64,000 nt of DNA from Mobula hypostoma. Taxonomy: Eukaryota. Each line of letters opens with the position of its first letter. Position 1 is the stretch's first letter. Where the stretch lies: the NCBI RefSeq assembly GCF_963921235.1, contig NC_086108.1, positions 68,946,001 to 69,010,000 of the forward strand, written 5' to 3'. The notes beneath the pieces were generated by a model that was not told the origin of the DNA, did no database searches, and saw only the letters and a list, made by a program, of their open reading frames with translations. Positions 1 to 13,393 of this stretch are shown here, in pieces. A program made the translations under genes and the position numbers.

Positions 1-2297
1 ATGGGGGATTTCAATATGCAGGTAGGTTGGGAAAATCAGGTTGCTGCTAGATCCCAACAGGGAGAATTTCTAAAATATCTACGGGATGGCTTTTTAAAGA
101 GCAGCTCATGATTGAGCCATCTAGGGGATCAGCTATTCTGTATTGCAATGAACTGGAACTGATTAGGGAACTGAAGGCAAAAGAACCCTCAGGGACCAGT
201 GATCATAAAATTCAGCCCACAATTAGAGAGGGAGAAACTAAAATCAGATGTATCAGTATTACAGTGGAGTAAGCAGAATTACAGAGGTATGAGAGAGGAG
301 TGGCCAAAATTGATTGGAAGGGAACATTAGCAGGAATGATGGCAGACCAGAAATGGCAGGAATTTCTGGGAGCAATTCAGAAGGCACTGGATATATACAT
401 CCTAAAGATGTGGAAGTATTCTCAAGGCAGGTTGATGCAACTGTGGCTGACAAGAAAAGTCAAAGCCCAACATAAAAGCCAAAAAGAGGGCATATAATAG
501 AGTAAAAATTAGTGGGAAGTTAGAGGATTGGGAAGCTTTTAAAAGCCAACAGAAAGCAACTAAAAAGAGTCATAAAGGAAGAAAGATGGAATACAGAGAT
601 AAGTTAGCCAATAATACTAAAGAGGATATGAAAAGTTTCTTCAGATACATAAAGTGTAAAAGAGAGGCAAGAGTAGATACTGTACTGCTGAAAAGTGATG
701 TGGGAGAGGTAGTAATGAAGACAAGGAAATGGTGGGCGAATTGATTAAATATTTTGCATTAGTCTTCACTGTGGAAGACACAAGCAGTATGCCAGAAATT
801 CCAGAGTGTCAGGGCAGAATTGAGTGCAGTTCCTATTACTAGGGAGAAGGTACTTCGGAAGCTGAAAGGTCTAAAGGCAAAGAAGTAACCTGGACCAGAT
901 GGTGTACAGTCTTGGGTTCAGAACAGGCTGAGGAGATCGTGGAGGCTTTAGTACTGATTTATCAAGAATTAATTGATTCTGGTGTGGTTCCAGAGCACTG
1001 AGAAATTGCAAATGTCACTCCACTTTTCAAGAAGGGAGGAAGGCAGAAGAAAGGAAACTATAGGCCAGTAGTCTGACCTCAGTCTTTGAGAAGATGTTGG
1101 AGTTGATTATTAAGGATGTGGTTTCAGGGTACTTGGAGACGCGTGATAAATTAGGCCATAGTCAGCATGGTTTCCTTAAGGAAAAATCTTGCCTGACAAA
1201 TCTGTTGGAATTCTTTAAAGAAATAACAAGCAAGATAGACAAAGAAAAATCCATGGATGTTGTATACTTGGATTTTCAGAAGGTCTTTGACAAGGTAACA
1301 AGTTAAGAGCCCACAGTACTACAGTAAAGAAACTAGTATGGATAGAGCATTGGCTGATTGGCAGGAGGCAAAGAGTGGGAATATAGGAAGTCTTTTCTGG
1401 TTGGCCAAGTTTGCAAACAATATGACAATAGGTGGAGGGGCAGAGAGGCTATAGAAGACTTGGATAGATTAGGAGAATGGACAGATGGAATACAGTGTCG
1501 GGAAGTGAACAATCAAGCACTTAGGTAGAAGAAATTAAAGCGTAGACTATTTTCTAAAGGGAGAGAAAATTCAAAGCTCTGAGTTGCAAAGGGACTTGGG
1601 AGTCCTCATGCAGGATTCCCTAAAGGTTAATTTGCAGATTCAACCGGTGATAAGAAAGGCAAATGTGATGTTAGCACTCATTTTGAAAGGACTAGTATAT
1701 AAAAGCAAGGATGTGATGTTGAAGCTTTATAAAGCACCTGCGAGGCCTCACAGAGTATTGCGAGCAGTTTTGGGCCCCTCATCTAGGAAGGATGTGCTGA
1801 CATTAGAGAGGGTTCACGTAAATTATACCAGAATTGAAAGGCTTGTCATATGAGGAGCGTTTGATTGCTCCAGGCCTCTGCTCACTGGAATTCAGAAGAA
1901 CGAGGGGTGACCTTATTGAAACCTATCAAATGGTGAAAGGCTTCAATAGAGTGGATGTGGAGAGGATGTTTCCTATGGTGGGGGGAGTCTGACCAGAGGA
2001 CATAGTCTCAGAATAGAGGGACATCATTTTAGAACGGAGATATGGAGGAATTTCTTTAGCCAGAGATTGGGGGAATCTGTGGAATTCGTTGCCATAGGTG
2101 GCTGTGGAGGCCAAGGCATTGGGAATATTTAAGGCAGAGATTGATAGATTCTTGATTAGTCAGGGCATGAAGGGATACATCGAAAAGGCAAGAAATTAGA
2201 GCAGAGAGGGAAAATGGATCAGCCATGATGAAATCGCAGAGCAGACTCGATGGGTCAAATAGCCTAATTCTGCTCCTATATCTTAATGGCCTTGTGG
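1..2297 (+). mobile_element. CR1-type LINE, decayed ORF2 (end of endonuclease plus RT) and 3' UTR
   Basis: MGDFN at the window start; SQHGFLKEKSCLTNLLEFF and MDVVYLDFQKVFDKV in ORF 1094-1306; tail gcctaattctgctcctatatct. Confidence 0.9.
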
Positions 2298-2566
2298 ACA
2301 AAAACTGTTGCTTTTTTGAATACAAACACATGCAATTAATGCTGTTTACAAACTGTTCACTCAAAGCATAGTATAGTGTCTAACGGCCACACAAGTACAT
2401 GCAACTGACACTAATTGGAAACTGTTTGACAATAGTCTCCTGCCCCATTTAAGCAACAGAATGTTCGAAATAAACAAATCCCATCTATTTTCTCGATTAG
2501 TTTTTGTTTTTTAAATTATCCCAAATAAGCAGCTGCCCAGGTTAACCAATAGCCCAATTTACCGTA
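2298..2566 (-). mobile_element. Fragment of the Tigger-like MITE family seen at 15333-16611
   Basis: Reverse-complement similarity to about 15345-15610 (aattgggc-ggttaa-gggca-cttatttggg ... gttgcatgtgtttgt). Confidence 0.65.
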
Positions 2567-2569
2567 ACC

Positions 2570-4060
2570 ACTATGTAGCCACACAAAATGGCAATCCTCT
2601 GAGGCCAGGTGCAATACACATTACCAACAGACATATCACAGGTAGTTATGGTTTCAGAAAAAAAAGTCACAAAGAAAACAAAAAAATATAGCCCAATTGC
2701 CAGAGTGGCGTGACTGTAGCCCTGGTCCAGCTTGTTCTTCCATCGAGCAAACACCGGAGAGCAATGTCCCCTCTAATTTGTAATGACCCGCATGTGCAAA
2801 AATCTTGTGCTGTGCAATTTTTTGCTCAGTGACAATAATGTGTGCACACTGAATTTTATATATAGAGGATTCAGTTTAACAGCTAGCAAAACACCGTCAA
2901 TATGAATTTTGATCTCTGGGTTTGAACATTTTCTCTCTCTCGTTCATCCACACTCTCACAAAACATACATAGGAGGCCTGTAGCGGATAATGAAGGACTT
3001 TTTCGCCGGAGCTTTTACACACCATCCATATGTGATTTGCTTGCTAAATGAAGCTTTAAAAAGTCAAGTTTCCAAATATGACTCCACTTCTTCCCACCTG
3101 CAAATTCTCCAGCAACTTTTACATCACGACGATACATGCAGATAACACCAGTTCTGCACATAAATATTTTTCGTAGCTGTACCTTCTTGACTTCATGAGC
3201 TTTTGGTATAGCTGTTGCTACCGCTTCATTAAGCTATTCTAATTTAAATGAACTAGCAGTTCTTTTATGCGTCATGCCCTTTGCTTCTTTGGAATTTGAC
3301 ACAGTGAATCAATAATTTCTTCAATAAAAACAATATACATCAGCCAGTTCTAAAATCTGCAGACAAATCCACAAACTCCACGTTGTCATCACTGTCCACA
3401 TCAAAAACCGGAAAAGGAGATGGGATTGTGTATGAACACGAAATATACTTAACATGCCAACAAAGGAGCGGGTGACAACCTTTTGTGCGCAGTTTAAATT
3501 GCTTTGTGTGTTACTAGCAAAAGATGTGTGCGCGTGCACACCTCATAGGGAACATTGCTGGAGAGCAGCACCAATGGGAAGGGCCAGACTCCAACCCAAT
3601 ACAGACTCCAGAGCACCTCACAGAGGCTCTCCCACACCACCCTGGCATCTCCCCTACCAGGCGGCATCAAAAGGGGAGCCCGCAGCTTTGGTCTAGTCCT
3701 TATCACAACCGAGCAAATGCAGCTCTGTCACCATTGGTCTCACCAATGAACCAGTGAACTGGACTTGCAGTATACTACATTACCAATGTCCAACAACGTC
3801 CTCTGATCTCAATAAAAACATCCAAGACAATCAGTCGCACCCCGCATCATCACAGAACAACGGTATGCAACATGTCCAGGCAACAACACAACAACAGTAT
3901 GCATTAAGTCCAGCTCCATTAACTTATCGATCAACTCACTGATGGGATAGTCCAGCAGTACATGATGTTTTTAGTATCCAGCGGCAACTTGCAATTGTAA
4001 AAAAAAAATGTACTGGATGAACAAATACACCTTCGAATAGACCTGGAGTGGCTGCTGCAT
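2570..4060 (-). mobile_element. Non-autonomous retroposon (same family as 13394-14218), split by a hAT insertion
   Basis: Shares aaccagtgaa-tggac-tgcagtat-ctacattacc-atgtccaaca and ggctgctgcatc blocks with 13880-14200. Confidence 0.6.
2762..3557 (-). mobile_element. Internally deleted hAT DNA transposon with a zinc-finger remnant
   Basis: TIRs caatgtccc / gggaacattg; 8-bp TSD ccggagag (2754-2761) / ctggagag (3558-3565). Minus frame at about 3300-3015 reads GVICMYRRD...WKLDFLKLHLASKSH, resembling a TTF-type zinc finger. Confidence 0.8.
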
Positions 4061-4739
4061 CTAAGTTACATAATTTTCAGCTAAAATCAAGAAAAACTCA
4101 AAACCCTTTTACTAATACTCAAGGGCAAAGAAATGAATGACTAAGGCCTTTTAAAGACAAAAAGCTCACCAGTTTATGGAGGTGAAAGGCACAGGTATGA
4201 TTCTAACTGATATTTTGTATCTACCACCCACAAAGGCACAGGAATGGTGGATGAAAAATTACAGAGATGAACATGATAAGAGATAAAAATCTTTAATAAA
4301 TAGGGAAATCCTGAAAAGAACATCCTAGGTAACTAAGAGAAGCATAGGATGCAACAGCATGGGCTTTGACCATCATTTTTTAAACCCTCTCTTCTCTGGC
4401 TACAAATTTGGTTCCAATACAGTAGAGGAGAGCAAGACAGCATTTATAAGGCTAACTAATGAAAGACAGTTTGTATTGCGACCAATATACTTAATTAAAA
4501 TAATATGGAGTTATCACAAAACACATACCGAAATGGTTCCTGAACTCAGACTTTAACTAACTGTTTTTTCCATTTTACAGACACTGCTGAAACTGCTGAA
4601 TTTCTAGCATTTTCTGTTTCTATTTCAGATTCCTAGCATCTGCATTTTCCTTGATTTACATCTATTATCAGAAAAATGATTACTGGGAAGTTATCAAGTA
4701 ATATGAAACAACAGAAAATGATCTGATTACAGTGGGATT

Positions 4740-5425
4740 CAGCAGCGAATACAATAAATAGTAGTGTGTAGAGGGGGAGGGGGAGTTGAGATGTGCTTGT
4801 CTATTGATCCCTGAAGCCAACAGGAAAGGTAAATAATATAGTTCCCAAAGTATATGGGTTTATTTCCTTTATTTGCAGAGGTCCAGAATATGAAAAGAGA
4901 TCATACTCAACCTGTATTGAACAACAATCAGCCTGACAGCATTGTTTTGCTCTGTGGACATCAAGTTACAGGAAAAATGAGATTGCACTAGTAAGAGTAC
5001 AGTGCAAATATGAAGATGTTTCTAGGACTGATGGTTTAATTATAAGAAAAGAATGGGTAGGGTGAGATTGTTTTCTACAGAATGAGAGAGGCTGAGAAGA
5101 GATTTAATTGGGGTGTAGAATGTTATGAAAAGACTAGACAAGTCCAAAAGGATTACTTTATTTCCCTCAATAGAGACGTTAATAAATTGGGGGTCACTAT
5201 CAAGGTAGTAAGAGTTAAATTAAGTTTTTTTCTATCCAAGGAACACACTGCTCAAAAAATTTGGTGGAAGGAGAAATCTTCATCTCTTTAAAAAGTACCT
5301 ATATGTGCCTCAAAGCAAAGAACTTAGAGCTGAGAAGTGGGATTAGTCTGAAGAGTTCTCTCTCAGCCATTGGAAACACAATTAATCAAACAGCCTCCTT
5401 CTGTGTCATAAATTTCTATGACTAA
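4740..5425 (+). mobile_element. Old CR1 3' fragment
   Basis: Degenerate CR1 C-terminal coding sequence ending in cagcctccttctgtgtcataaatttctatgact. Confidence 0.6.
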
Positions 5426-6406
5426 GAGGTGAAAAGGACTTAAGCGGGAAGAGAAAGGATCTATTATGGCCTGTGAAATTGTTTGGAAAGATTTCCTTTT
5501 ATCAAAAGACAAAAGCAGCAAATACATCTTAATTAAATTTGGTGAAGAGATTCATAAAGCGGCATAAAAATCTTCAAATTTAGAAACCAACTTCATTTAT
5601 TGCAAATTAAATAAAGCATAACCTGATGTTTTAACCATCAAATTAAACAAATGGTATCTCACATTAACAAAGCTGCTGAAAATCAAAATCATTGCCCATT
5701 TCCACGGGAGTCACCATTCATTAATGAACAGTAATAACAGAATATTGCCTTTTGCATCAAGAAAATGCAACTTCAATTTTAGGGTTTAGATAAATAGAGC
5801 ACCAGAAAATTCTCCATCTACGCTGCTCTCAACAACTGTGAATTTAGCAAATCTTAAACTCAGTATGTTTTTGAAAGGGAATGTTTTTACCAAATAGTCA
5901 AAGAGTTATTGATGAGTTTCTAGCTGTCTCATGCTTATTTTCAGAAGTTGCTCATAATACTCTTGTGATATTGACTGAGGAGAGGATGATGGTTACTATT
6001 TAAAGATAACAGAATTAAACAAAAGTACAGTTTGACATTAGGAACTTACCTTGTATTACACAAATCAAAACATGTTAGTTGCCAAAATAAAAATCAATAC
6101 AAGCTATTTTACTTCTGTACTGTCAGCCTTAGTGAATCTAACAAGCTCACGTTTAACTTTTTAACCTAGTTGCACATGATCTCTCCAACTGGGAGTCAAA
6201 CACATACAATAGCAATTGATAAGCAGTCACCATAATTGCTTAGCTTCCTGTACTAGTAAAATAACACAGCTCATATTTCAATTTTAAGAGCACATAAGAA
6301 AATCAGAGATTTGTGCAGTAATTGTCAAAAATTTAGAACCTCTTTAGCAGAACCTATGTTGGTGATAATGAGCTGCCTATACCTCCCCGACTCCAATATT
6401 GCTCAC

Positions 6407-6512
6407 CTCTTGCACAGTTCTGGTGCCCGGAAAGTTTAGGCTATAATCCCGTTGGGCTTCTCGATGCGTAATGATCAGCATGAAGTTTTCATTTAATGAT
6501 TCCTGTAGGGCA
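6407..6512 (-). CDS. FAF1: FAF1 coding exon (equivalent to exon 7), 106 nt, start of UBL2
   Basis: tttcAG acceptor and GTgagc donor. Encodes (S)ALQESLNENFMLIITHREAQRDYSLNFPGTRTVQE, matching FAF1 ALQESLNQNFMLIITHREVQREYNLNFSGSSTIQE. Confidence 0.96.
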
Positions 6513-9289
6513 CTGAAAGAGTAGAGACAAAAACAACAGAATCAGGGAAGAGCATGTTCAAACTTGCTCTCGGTCTGACTATGCAAAATCCCAGGAGTAT
6601 TGACTAGCAATTGGACAAGTCTTAACAGATTCATTTATAGTCTGTAGATAAAGCAAAGTAGTACACTGGGAGTGACCAGAAAGGACATTACCAGCAAATT
6701 TACTCTTTATACTTAACAGACATCAAGTATCGGGATAAACCAATCATTTGGAAAAGTTATTTATTTTAAATGTTTATTTAAAACAGAAACATAATTATTT
6801 CCTGTTTTACATTACTTCAATATTTTTTACATTTACTTTGAGTTGTATGTCAACTATAATCTGCCATGACATAAATATTGCCAAAATATAATATTATGCT
6901 GCCCAAAGTACGAGCTACCAGGACATATGCTAATTTTATAAGAAAAAAAACTATGAAATCAAGGATGAGCAAATGAGAAAGAAGAAGGGGTTATACAACT
7001 CCATTTGGAATTTACTCAATTAAATAAATTCATGACCATCTACATTTTCCAAGAATTAAGTATTTTACGTTGAATTTCACTTGTGAAAGTACACACTTTT
7101 TCTTTTCAAAGGGAAGATGCAAACCAATTTGGTCTCATCTTTCCTGCTGCATAACCATAACAGAAGATTCGTTGAGTTTTTTCTCCTCAATCATACTACT
7201 TAGTTTTTTGTGCAATTTGACACTCCAACTGGGGTCATTAATAGCAACATTCTGAAAAATACACGGCTGTGAAAGTTTTACAGCATCTTAAAATTTTGCT
7301 AATACACCGGAAAAGCAAATTACAGTATTGGTTTGCTTTAGTTTGAAGATTCAGAATGATCTATTTTACTTGCATGGATTAGGAAAGAAAGAAATGGTAT
7401 AAGCTGTTGACAAATGCATTGTTCTTGAAGCAGTCAATAACAACTATGAAGAATGTAGCAGCCAAATTACACAGAAAAGATATCAAAAAGCAGAACAAAA
7501 CCAAAGTATTTTGACAGTGTACAATGACAGGCAAGAGTTGCATAGAACACAGAGAGAACTCCATCTCTGCATCAAATGGTGGAGTGTCGCATTTTTTAAA
7601 TCTTCCCCTCAAACAGGGATTTTAATTTCTCTTCTGAAATGAAGCATCACTGACAATAAAACATTTCCTTAACATACACTGAAAAAGAGCAATTACTCAC
7701 AAGGTGGCAAACAACGGGATGTGGCAATCTCTAATAAATTCATAACACAAATACCAATAAAGCTGAAACTAAAACAGATAGGAAGAAAAATATCAAATGG
7801 CTCAAATAATTTTGAGGAAACAAGATACCAAGTATGAAGAGCTTGTATAATGGCAAAAGGAAGCAGATGCTACAAATATCCGCTCATTCTCACTTGTGGG
7901 CCTCTGAGCTGGGAGACAAAAAAAAAAGCGTGCTGGGTAGACCAGCCTAAGATCAACACATGCCACCTATGCCGGAGATCAGGGAGCAGACTGTTTAACA
8001 ATTACGCTCAGTGACAGTACCAGCCTTGCATCAATGAAAAATAAACCAATGAAAGTAATGGATATCATTTGGCATTTCTACTTCAGCACTAATTTTACCC
8101 ATTTCATTATTTTATTCCAAATCTACTTAAAATTTTAAAAAATCCTTATGAAACTTTTTCTTAAACCATTAAAATACTTTTCAATATCACTGAAAATATT
8201 TATACACTTTACAGCCATTTCATGATAGTGTTGCACTTGATTTTGTCTTCTGCTTTCCTCTACAATCTGTCCTGTGCACATAATTTTGATACAGACAATC
8301 CTAAGAGAGCAAATAATTTTAATATGCATTCATTAAAATACTATTCAGATTCACTTTGATTTTAGTCACACAAAGTACACATGAAGCAGGTGTTTTCTGA
8401 GAAAAGCAAATTTGATACGTCTTTGATGGTCCTAACAATTAATAAGTTATGGCACACAGTAAAGACATTCTTTTACTATGAGTACAATACTAGCTTAAGC
8501 TAACAGAAACCAAGTTTACTGTAATTACTGCATATTTACATAAAGTAAAAATATTAAATCACTGTGAGCAAGTAATGTTTGATGTGGCTTGTACAGCTAT
8601 ATTGGGCAGATTGATGTTCGAAGGACAGACAGCATGTGACAGCTTGAAAATGCAGCAAATACACTTTTGATGAGGCTTTAGTGTTTACTTTGTATTTAAA
8701 ATTTGGAAATTTTCATATGTCATCATATGCATTTCCAAACTACAGATTACAGTTCTGTATTAATCAAATTCTAAAGCTTAGCTTATTATTATGGTATTTC
8801 CCCCAGGGCTGATCAAATTAATGATAAGATAATGATCCAAGATACAAAATGGATCTTACATAATTAACGCTGTTACAAATGTTAATGAATAACAAGATAT
8901 CTGAAGTTCCGTTACATCTCATCTTTTCTCTCATATCAATTTTTTTCTAGAAACCAATCAACTCATTTCTTTTCCCCCTTTAAGAAATGTGCTCACCCAA
9001 TGAAGTACATTACACTCTAAATCAAAATCTTCCTAAACTTACAAGGCTTAATTTATTGGTCTTTACTTTTGTACATAAAGACATCATATATGTTTATGAT
9101 GAAGAGAATACCCACTTTAATAAATACCTCTTTAGTCTTTAAATGCTGTTGTCAGCTAAGCAAAGATAATTAGGAGCATTCTTTCAATAATTGGTTCACC
9201 ATTATATTGTTCGTCACTTTTCAATTCATATTATACTAAAGCCATTATAAACAGAGCTGCACACAACCAACATACTTCATTTAACCCAA

Positions 9290-9822
9290 GTCCATTGTCA
9301 ATTCTACCGCATATATTTCCCTCCATTATATCCACTGTGATGAAGTGCTTTGAGAGGTTTGGTGATGAAACATATCAACTCCTGACTGAGAAGCAACTTG
9401 GATCCACTCCAATTCACCTACCATCACAACAGATCAAATTCAGATCCCATTTCATTGGCTTTTCACTCAACCCTGGAACATCTGGACAGTGGCCATGCAT
9501 ATATCAAGACATTGACTACAGCTCTGCATTCAATACCATTATCCCCTCAAAACTAATCAATAGGCCCCAAGACCTTGGCCTCAGTACCTCCTTGAGCAAC
9601 AGGATCTTCAATTTCCTCACTTGCAGATGCCAAACATTGGATTTGCAAAATCTCCTCCACAATGACCACCAGCACAGGATCAGATGTATGCTTAACCCCT
9701 TGCTCCATTTGCTTTATACTTAGGATTGTGAAGCTATTGTAAGTACAGCTCCAAAGCCATATTCAAATTTACTGATGGCATGACTGTTGTTAGCCAAATC
9801 AAAGGTGGTGACAAATCAGCAG
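9290..9822 (+). mobile_element. Rex1/Babar LINE RT fragment
   Basis: STVMKCFERF and IDYSSAFNTIIPSKLI motifs in ORF 9295-9723. Confidence 0.8.
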
Positions 9823-10395
9823 GATGAAGCTTTCCTTTTCAGCACATTACAGACGTCCTCCTCCTTCAAAGAACAGGGTTTCCTTTCCTCCAGCATTGAT
9901 GCTGCCCTCACCCGCATCTCTTCCATTTCCCGAACATCCGCACTCAGCCCATCTCCCGACTGCCTTAACTCACCTACCACCACACAAAGCTCTGAATCAA
10001 TACATCATTCTCCAAAACTTCTGTGATTTTCAATGGGGTCCTACCACAAAACACCTCTTTAGCTCCCACCAACTCTCTGCTATCCACATGGATTGCTCCC
10101 TCCATGATTCCCTTATTCATTCATCCCTCCCCACTAATCTCCCTCCTGGCACATATCCCTGCAAGCAACAGAAATGCTGCACCTGTCCCTTCGTCTCCTC
10201 TCTCACCCCCATTTAGTATCCGAAACAGTCCTCCCGAAAAGGCAACACTTCATCTGCAAATCTGCTGGGGTCGTCTGTTTTATCTGGTGTTGCTGATGCG
10301 GCCTCCTCTACATAGATGAAACCCAATGTAAACTGGGGGGCCACTTCATCAAGCATTTCTGCTCCATCCCACCAAAAGTAGAATTTCTTGGTGGA
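9823..10395 (+). mobile_element. Penelope-like element fragment (RT thumb to GIY-YIG)
   Basis: PGTYPCKQQKCCTCPF motif; homologous to 55870-56250. Confidence 0.8.
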
Positions 10396-10654
10396 TTAGT
10401 AGTGAGGGGGTGGTGGGTTTAAAAAAAAACACACACAAGTGAGCTAAGGGTTACCTAAAATACTTTCATTCTGATTTAATAGTATTGATGAATGTGTATA
10501 GCAAGTGACAACCCAAAATGCCGGTCAACAAAGGCAGCCCATCATGATTAAAAACACAAACATGAGGAAATCTGCAGATGCTGGAAATTCAAACAACACA
10601 CACAAAAAATGCTGGTGAACGCCACAGGCCAGGCAACACCTATAGGAAGAGGTA

Positions 10655-10692
10655 CAGCCGACATTTCGAGCCAAGACCCTTCGTCAGGACTA
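10655..10692 (-). ncRNA. Hammerhead ribozyme copy, slightly degenerate, sense to FAF1
   Basis: Reverse complement reads UAGUC-CUGACGA-A-GGGUCUUGGCUC-GAAA-UGUC^GGCUG. Confidence 0.6.
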
Positions 10693-11577
10693 ACTGAAAG
10701 AAGAGATAGTAAGAAATTTGAAAGTGGGAGGGGGAGGGGGAGATCCGAAATGATAGGAGAAGACAGGAGGGGGAGGGATAGAACTCAGAGCTGGAAAGTT
10801 GATTGGCAAAAGGGATACAAGGCTGGAGAAGGGAGAGGATCATGGGACCAGAGGCCTAGGGAGAAAGAAAGCGGGGGTGGGGGGGAGCCCAGAGTTATAG
10901 TGAGAGGGCAAGGGGAACCCTATTCCTAGTGGGGTGGCAGAAGGGTGGGGTGAGAACAGATGTGCATGAAATGGGAGAGATGTGTTTGAGAGCAGAGTTG
11001 ATGGTGGAGGAAGGACTAGGACTTCCACTAGGAATAGGGTTCCCCTTTGTCCTCACCTACCACCCCATCAGCCTCCGGGTCCAACATATAATTCTCCGTA
11101 ACTTCCGCCACCTCCAACGGGATCCCACCACTAAGCACATCTTTCCCTCCCCCCCCTCTGCTTTCCGCAGGGATTGCTCCCTACGCGACTCCCTTGTCCA
11201 TTCGTCCCTGCCCCCCATCCCTTCCCACCGATGTCCCTCCTGGCATTTATCCTTGTAAGTGGAACAAGTACTACATATGCCCTTACACTTCCTCCCTCAC
11301 CACCATGCAGGGCCCCAGACAGTCTTTCCAGGCGAGGCGACATTTCACCTGTGAGTCGGCTGGGGTGATATACTGCGTCTGGTGCTCACAATGTGGCCTT
11401 CTATATATTGGCGAGACCCAATGCGGGTGGGAGACTGTTTCGCTGAATACCTATGCTCTGTCCGCCAGAGAAAGCAGGATCTCTCAGTGGCCACACATTT
11501 TAATTCCACGTCCCATTCCCATTCTTATATATCTATCCATGGCCTCCTCGACTGTCAAGATGAAGCCACACTCAGGT

Positions 11578-12210
11578 TAGATTAGATTATGAGGACGCTC
11601 AGTCCTCGTTTATTGTCATTTAGAAATGCATGCATTAAAAAATGATACAATGTTCCTCCAGAATGATATCACAAGAAACACAGGACAAACCAAGACTAAA
11701 ACTGATGAAACCACATAATTATAACATATAGTTACAACAGTGCAAAGCAATACCGTAATTTGATAAAGAGCAGACCATGGGCACGGTAAAAAAAAGTCTC
11801 AAAGTCCCGATAGCCTCATCATCTCATGCAGGTGGTAGAAGGGAGAAACTCTCCCTGCCATGAACCTCCAAGCACCGCAAACTTGCCGATGCAGCACCAT
11901 TGGAAACACCCGACCGCAGCGGACTCTCTGAGTCCGTCCAAAAACTTCGAGCCTCCGACCAGCCCCTCCAACACAGCCTCTCTGAGCACCACCCTCTGCC
12001 GAGCACTTCGACCCTGCCCCGGCCACTGAACAACAAGCAAAGCCGAGAACTCAGGGCCTTCTCCTCCAGAAATTCTGAACCACACACTAGCAGCAGCAGT
12101 GAAGCAGGCATTTCAGAAGTTTCACCAGATGTTCCTCCATGCTCTCACGTCCGTCTCCATCAATTCAGGATTGTGCACGGAACCCTACTTGACAAATAAC
12201 AGACATCCAA
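11578..12210 (-). mobile_element. Non-coding retroposon of about 630 bp with a (TCTAA)n tail, nested in the Penelope element
   Basis: caggtt repeated on both sides; the Penelope frame resumes (ATLR|LEEQHLIF); homologous to 22845-23432. Confidence 0.8.
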
Positions 12211-12400
12211 CAGGTTGGAGGAACAACACCTGATATTCCCTCGGCCTCCCGTCCCATGATCCTCTCCCTTCTCCAGCCTTGCATCCCTTTTGCCAATCAA
12301 CTTTCTAGCTCTTAGCTCCATCGCTCCCCCTCCTGTCTTCTCCTATCATTTTGCATCTCCCCCTCCCACTTTCAAATCTTTTACTATCTCTTCTTTCAGT

Positions 12401-12438
12401 TAGTCCTGACGAAGGGTCTTGGCCCGAAACGTCGACTG
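12401..12438 (+). ncRNA. Minimal type-I hammerhead ribozyme in a Penelope pseudo-LTR
   Basis: UAGUC-CUGACGA-A-GGGUC UU GGCCC-GAAA-CGUC^GACUG: conserved core, stem I UAGUC/GACUG, stem II, and a palindromic ACGU mini stem III. Confidence 0.8.
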
Positions 12439-12959
12439 TACCTCTTCCTATAGATGCTGCCTGGCCTGCTGCATTCACCAGCATTTTTTGTGTCCATCAT
12501 GATTAATGCAGCTGCTTCAGTACTACATCCTGCATAATTTACCCCCAAAGGGATTAAAATACTCATCATTTTTCTTTCACAATGTGCTTCCAAGCAAGAC
12601 CTTAGTATCTCATTTCTAATTTCCGAGGCAAAATGCAACATTTACCATTAAATGTAGATTTCACCTTGATCTCACTCATTGGAGATCTACAGAAGCACTC
12701 AGCAGTATTAATATTCATTCTGTTGTTTCTTAGCTTCAACAAAACAGATTCTGTCTTTGATCCTTCTGCAACATCCTCTCTCTCGAGCATTATAAGATTG
12801 TCTTTAATTAATCCTGTACTCCTCTCCCTTTCTTTCCTTCCCCAGCCGTGTACAATTCAGGAATCTTTATGCTCAAATAAAGATAGATGAGAAAAGGGCC
12901 AGCCATTCTGCCTCTTGCACCTGCACCACTGCTTACTGTGAACTTATTGTGACACATGC

Positions 12960-13190
12960 ACCTTTGGTATGAGGAGGGATTTCTTCAGCCAGAGGATGCT
13001 GAGTCTGTGGAACTCATTGCCAAGTCGCTGGGTTATTTAAAGAGGAATTTTATAGGTCCTTGATTAGTCAGAGCATCAAAGGAAGAAAGGAAAAGAATAG
13101 GAATAATAGGGATAATAAATCAGCCATGATTGAGCAGACTTGAAGGGCAAAATGACCTCATTCTGCTCCTATGTCTTATGATCTTATATT
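12960..13190 (+). mobile_element. CR1 3' end fragment
   Basis: ttcttcagccagagg...tctgctcctatgtcttatg, as at 2050-2290. Confidence 0.75.
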
Positions 13191-13393
13191 AACACCTCAA
13201 GATTTAATAATAAACACTTGATCAAATTGAGAAAATGAAAGTTTCAAACTTCTGTCATTGCTTAAATTAATCTTTCCACTTCTCAACAATAATTGAGAAC
13301 AATAATGTTACCTGGACAACCTTGATCTCCACCTTATCACAGCCATTCTCGTCATTTGATCACAGCTGATTTATTTTCTCTTGAAAAACCCAT

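Larger units (their letters stand above)
10552..12493 (+). mobile_element. Penelope-like element with inverted pseudo-LTRs and GIY-YIG remnant; carries a nested retroposon
   Basis: 13-bp TSD ccatcatgattaa (10539-10551 / 12494-12506). About 10600-10858 is the reverse complement of about 12242-12493. Encodes GVIYCVWCSQCGLLYIGET. Confidence 0.9.
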
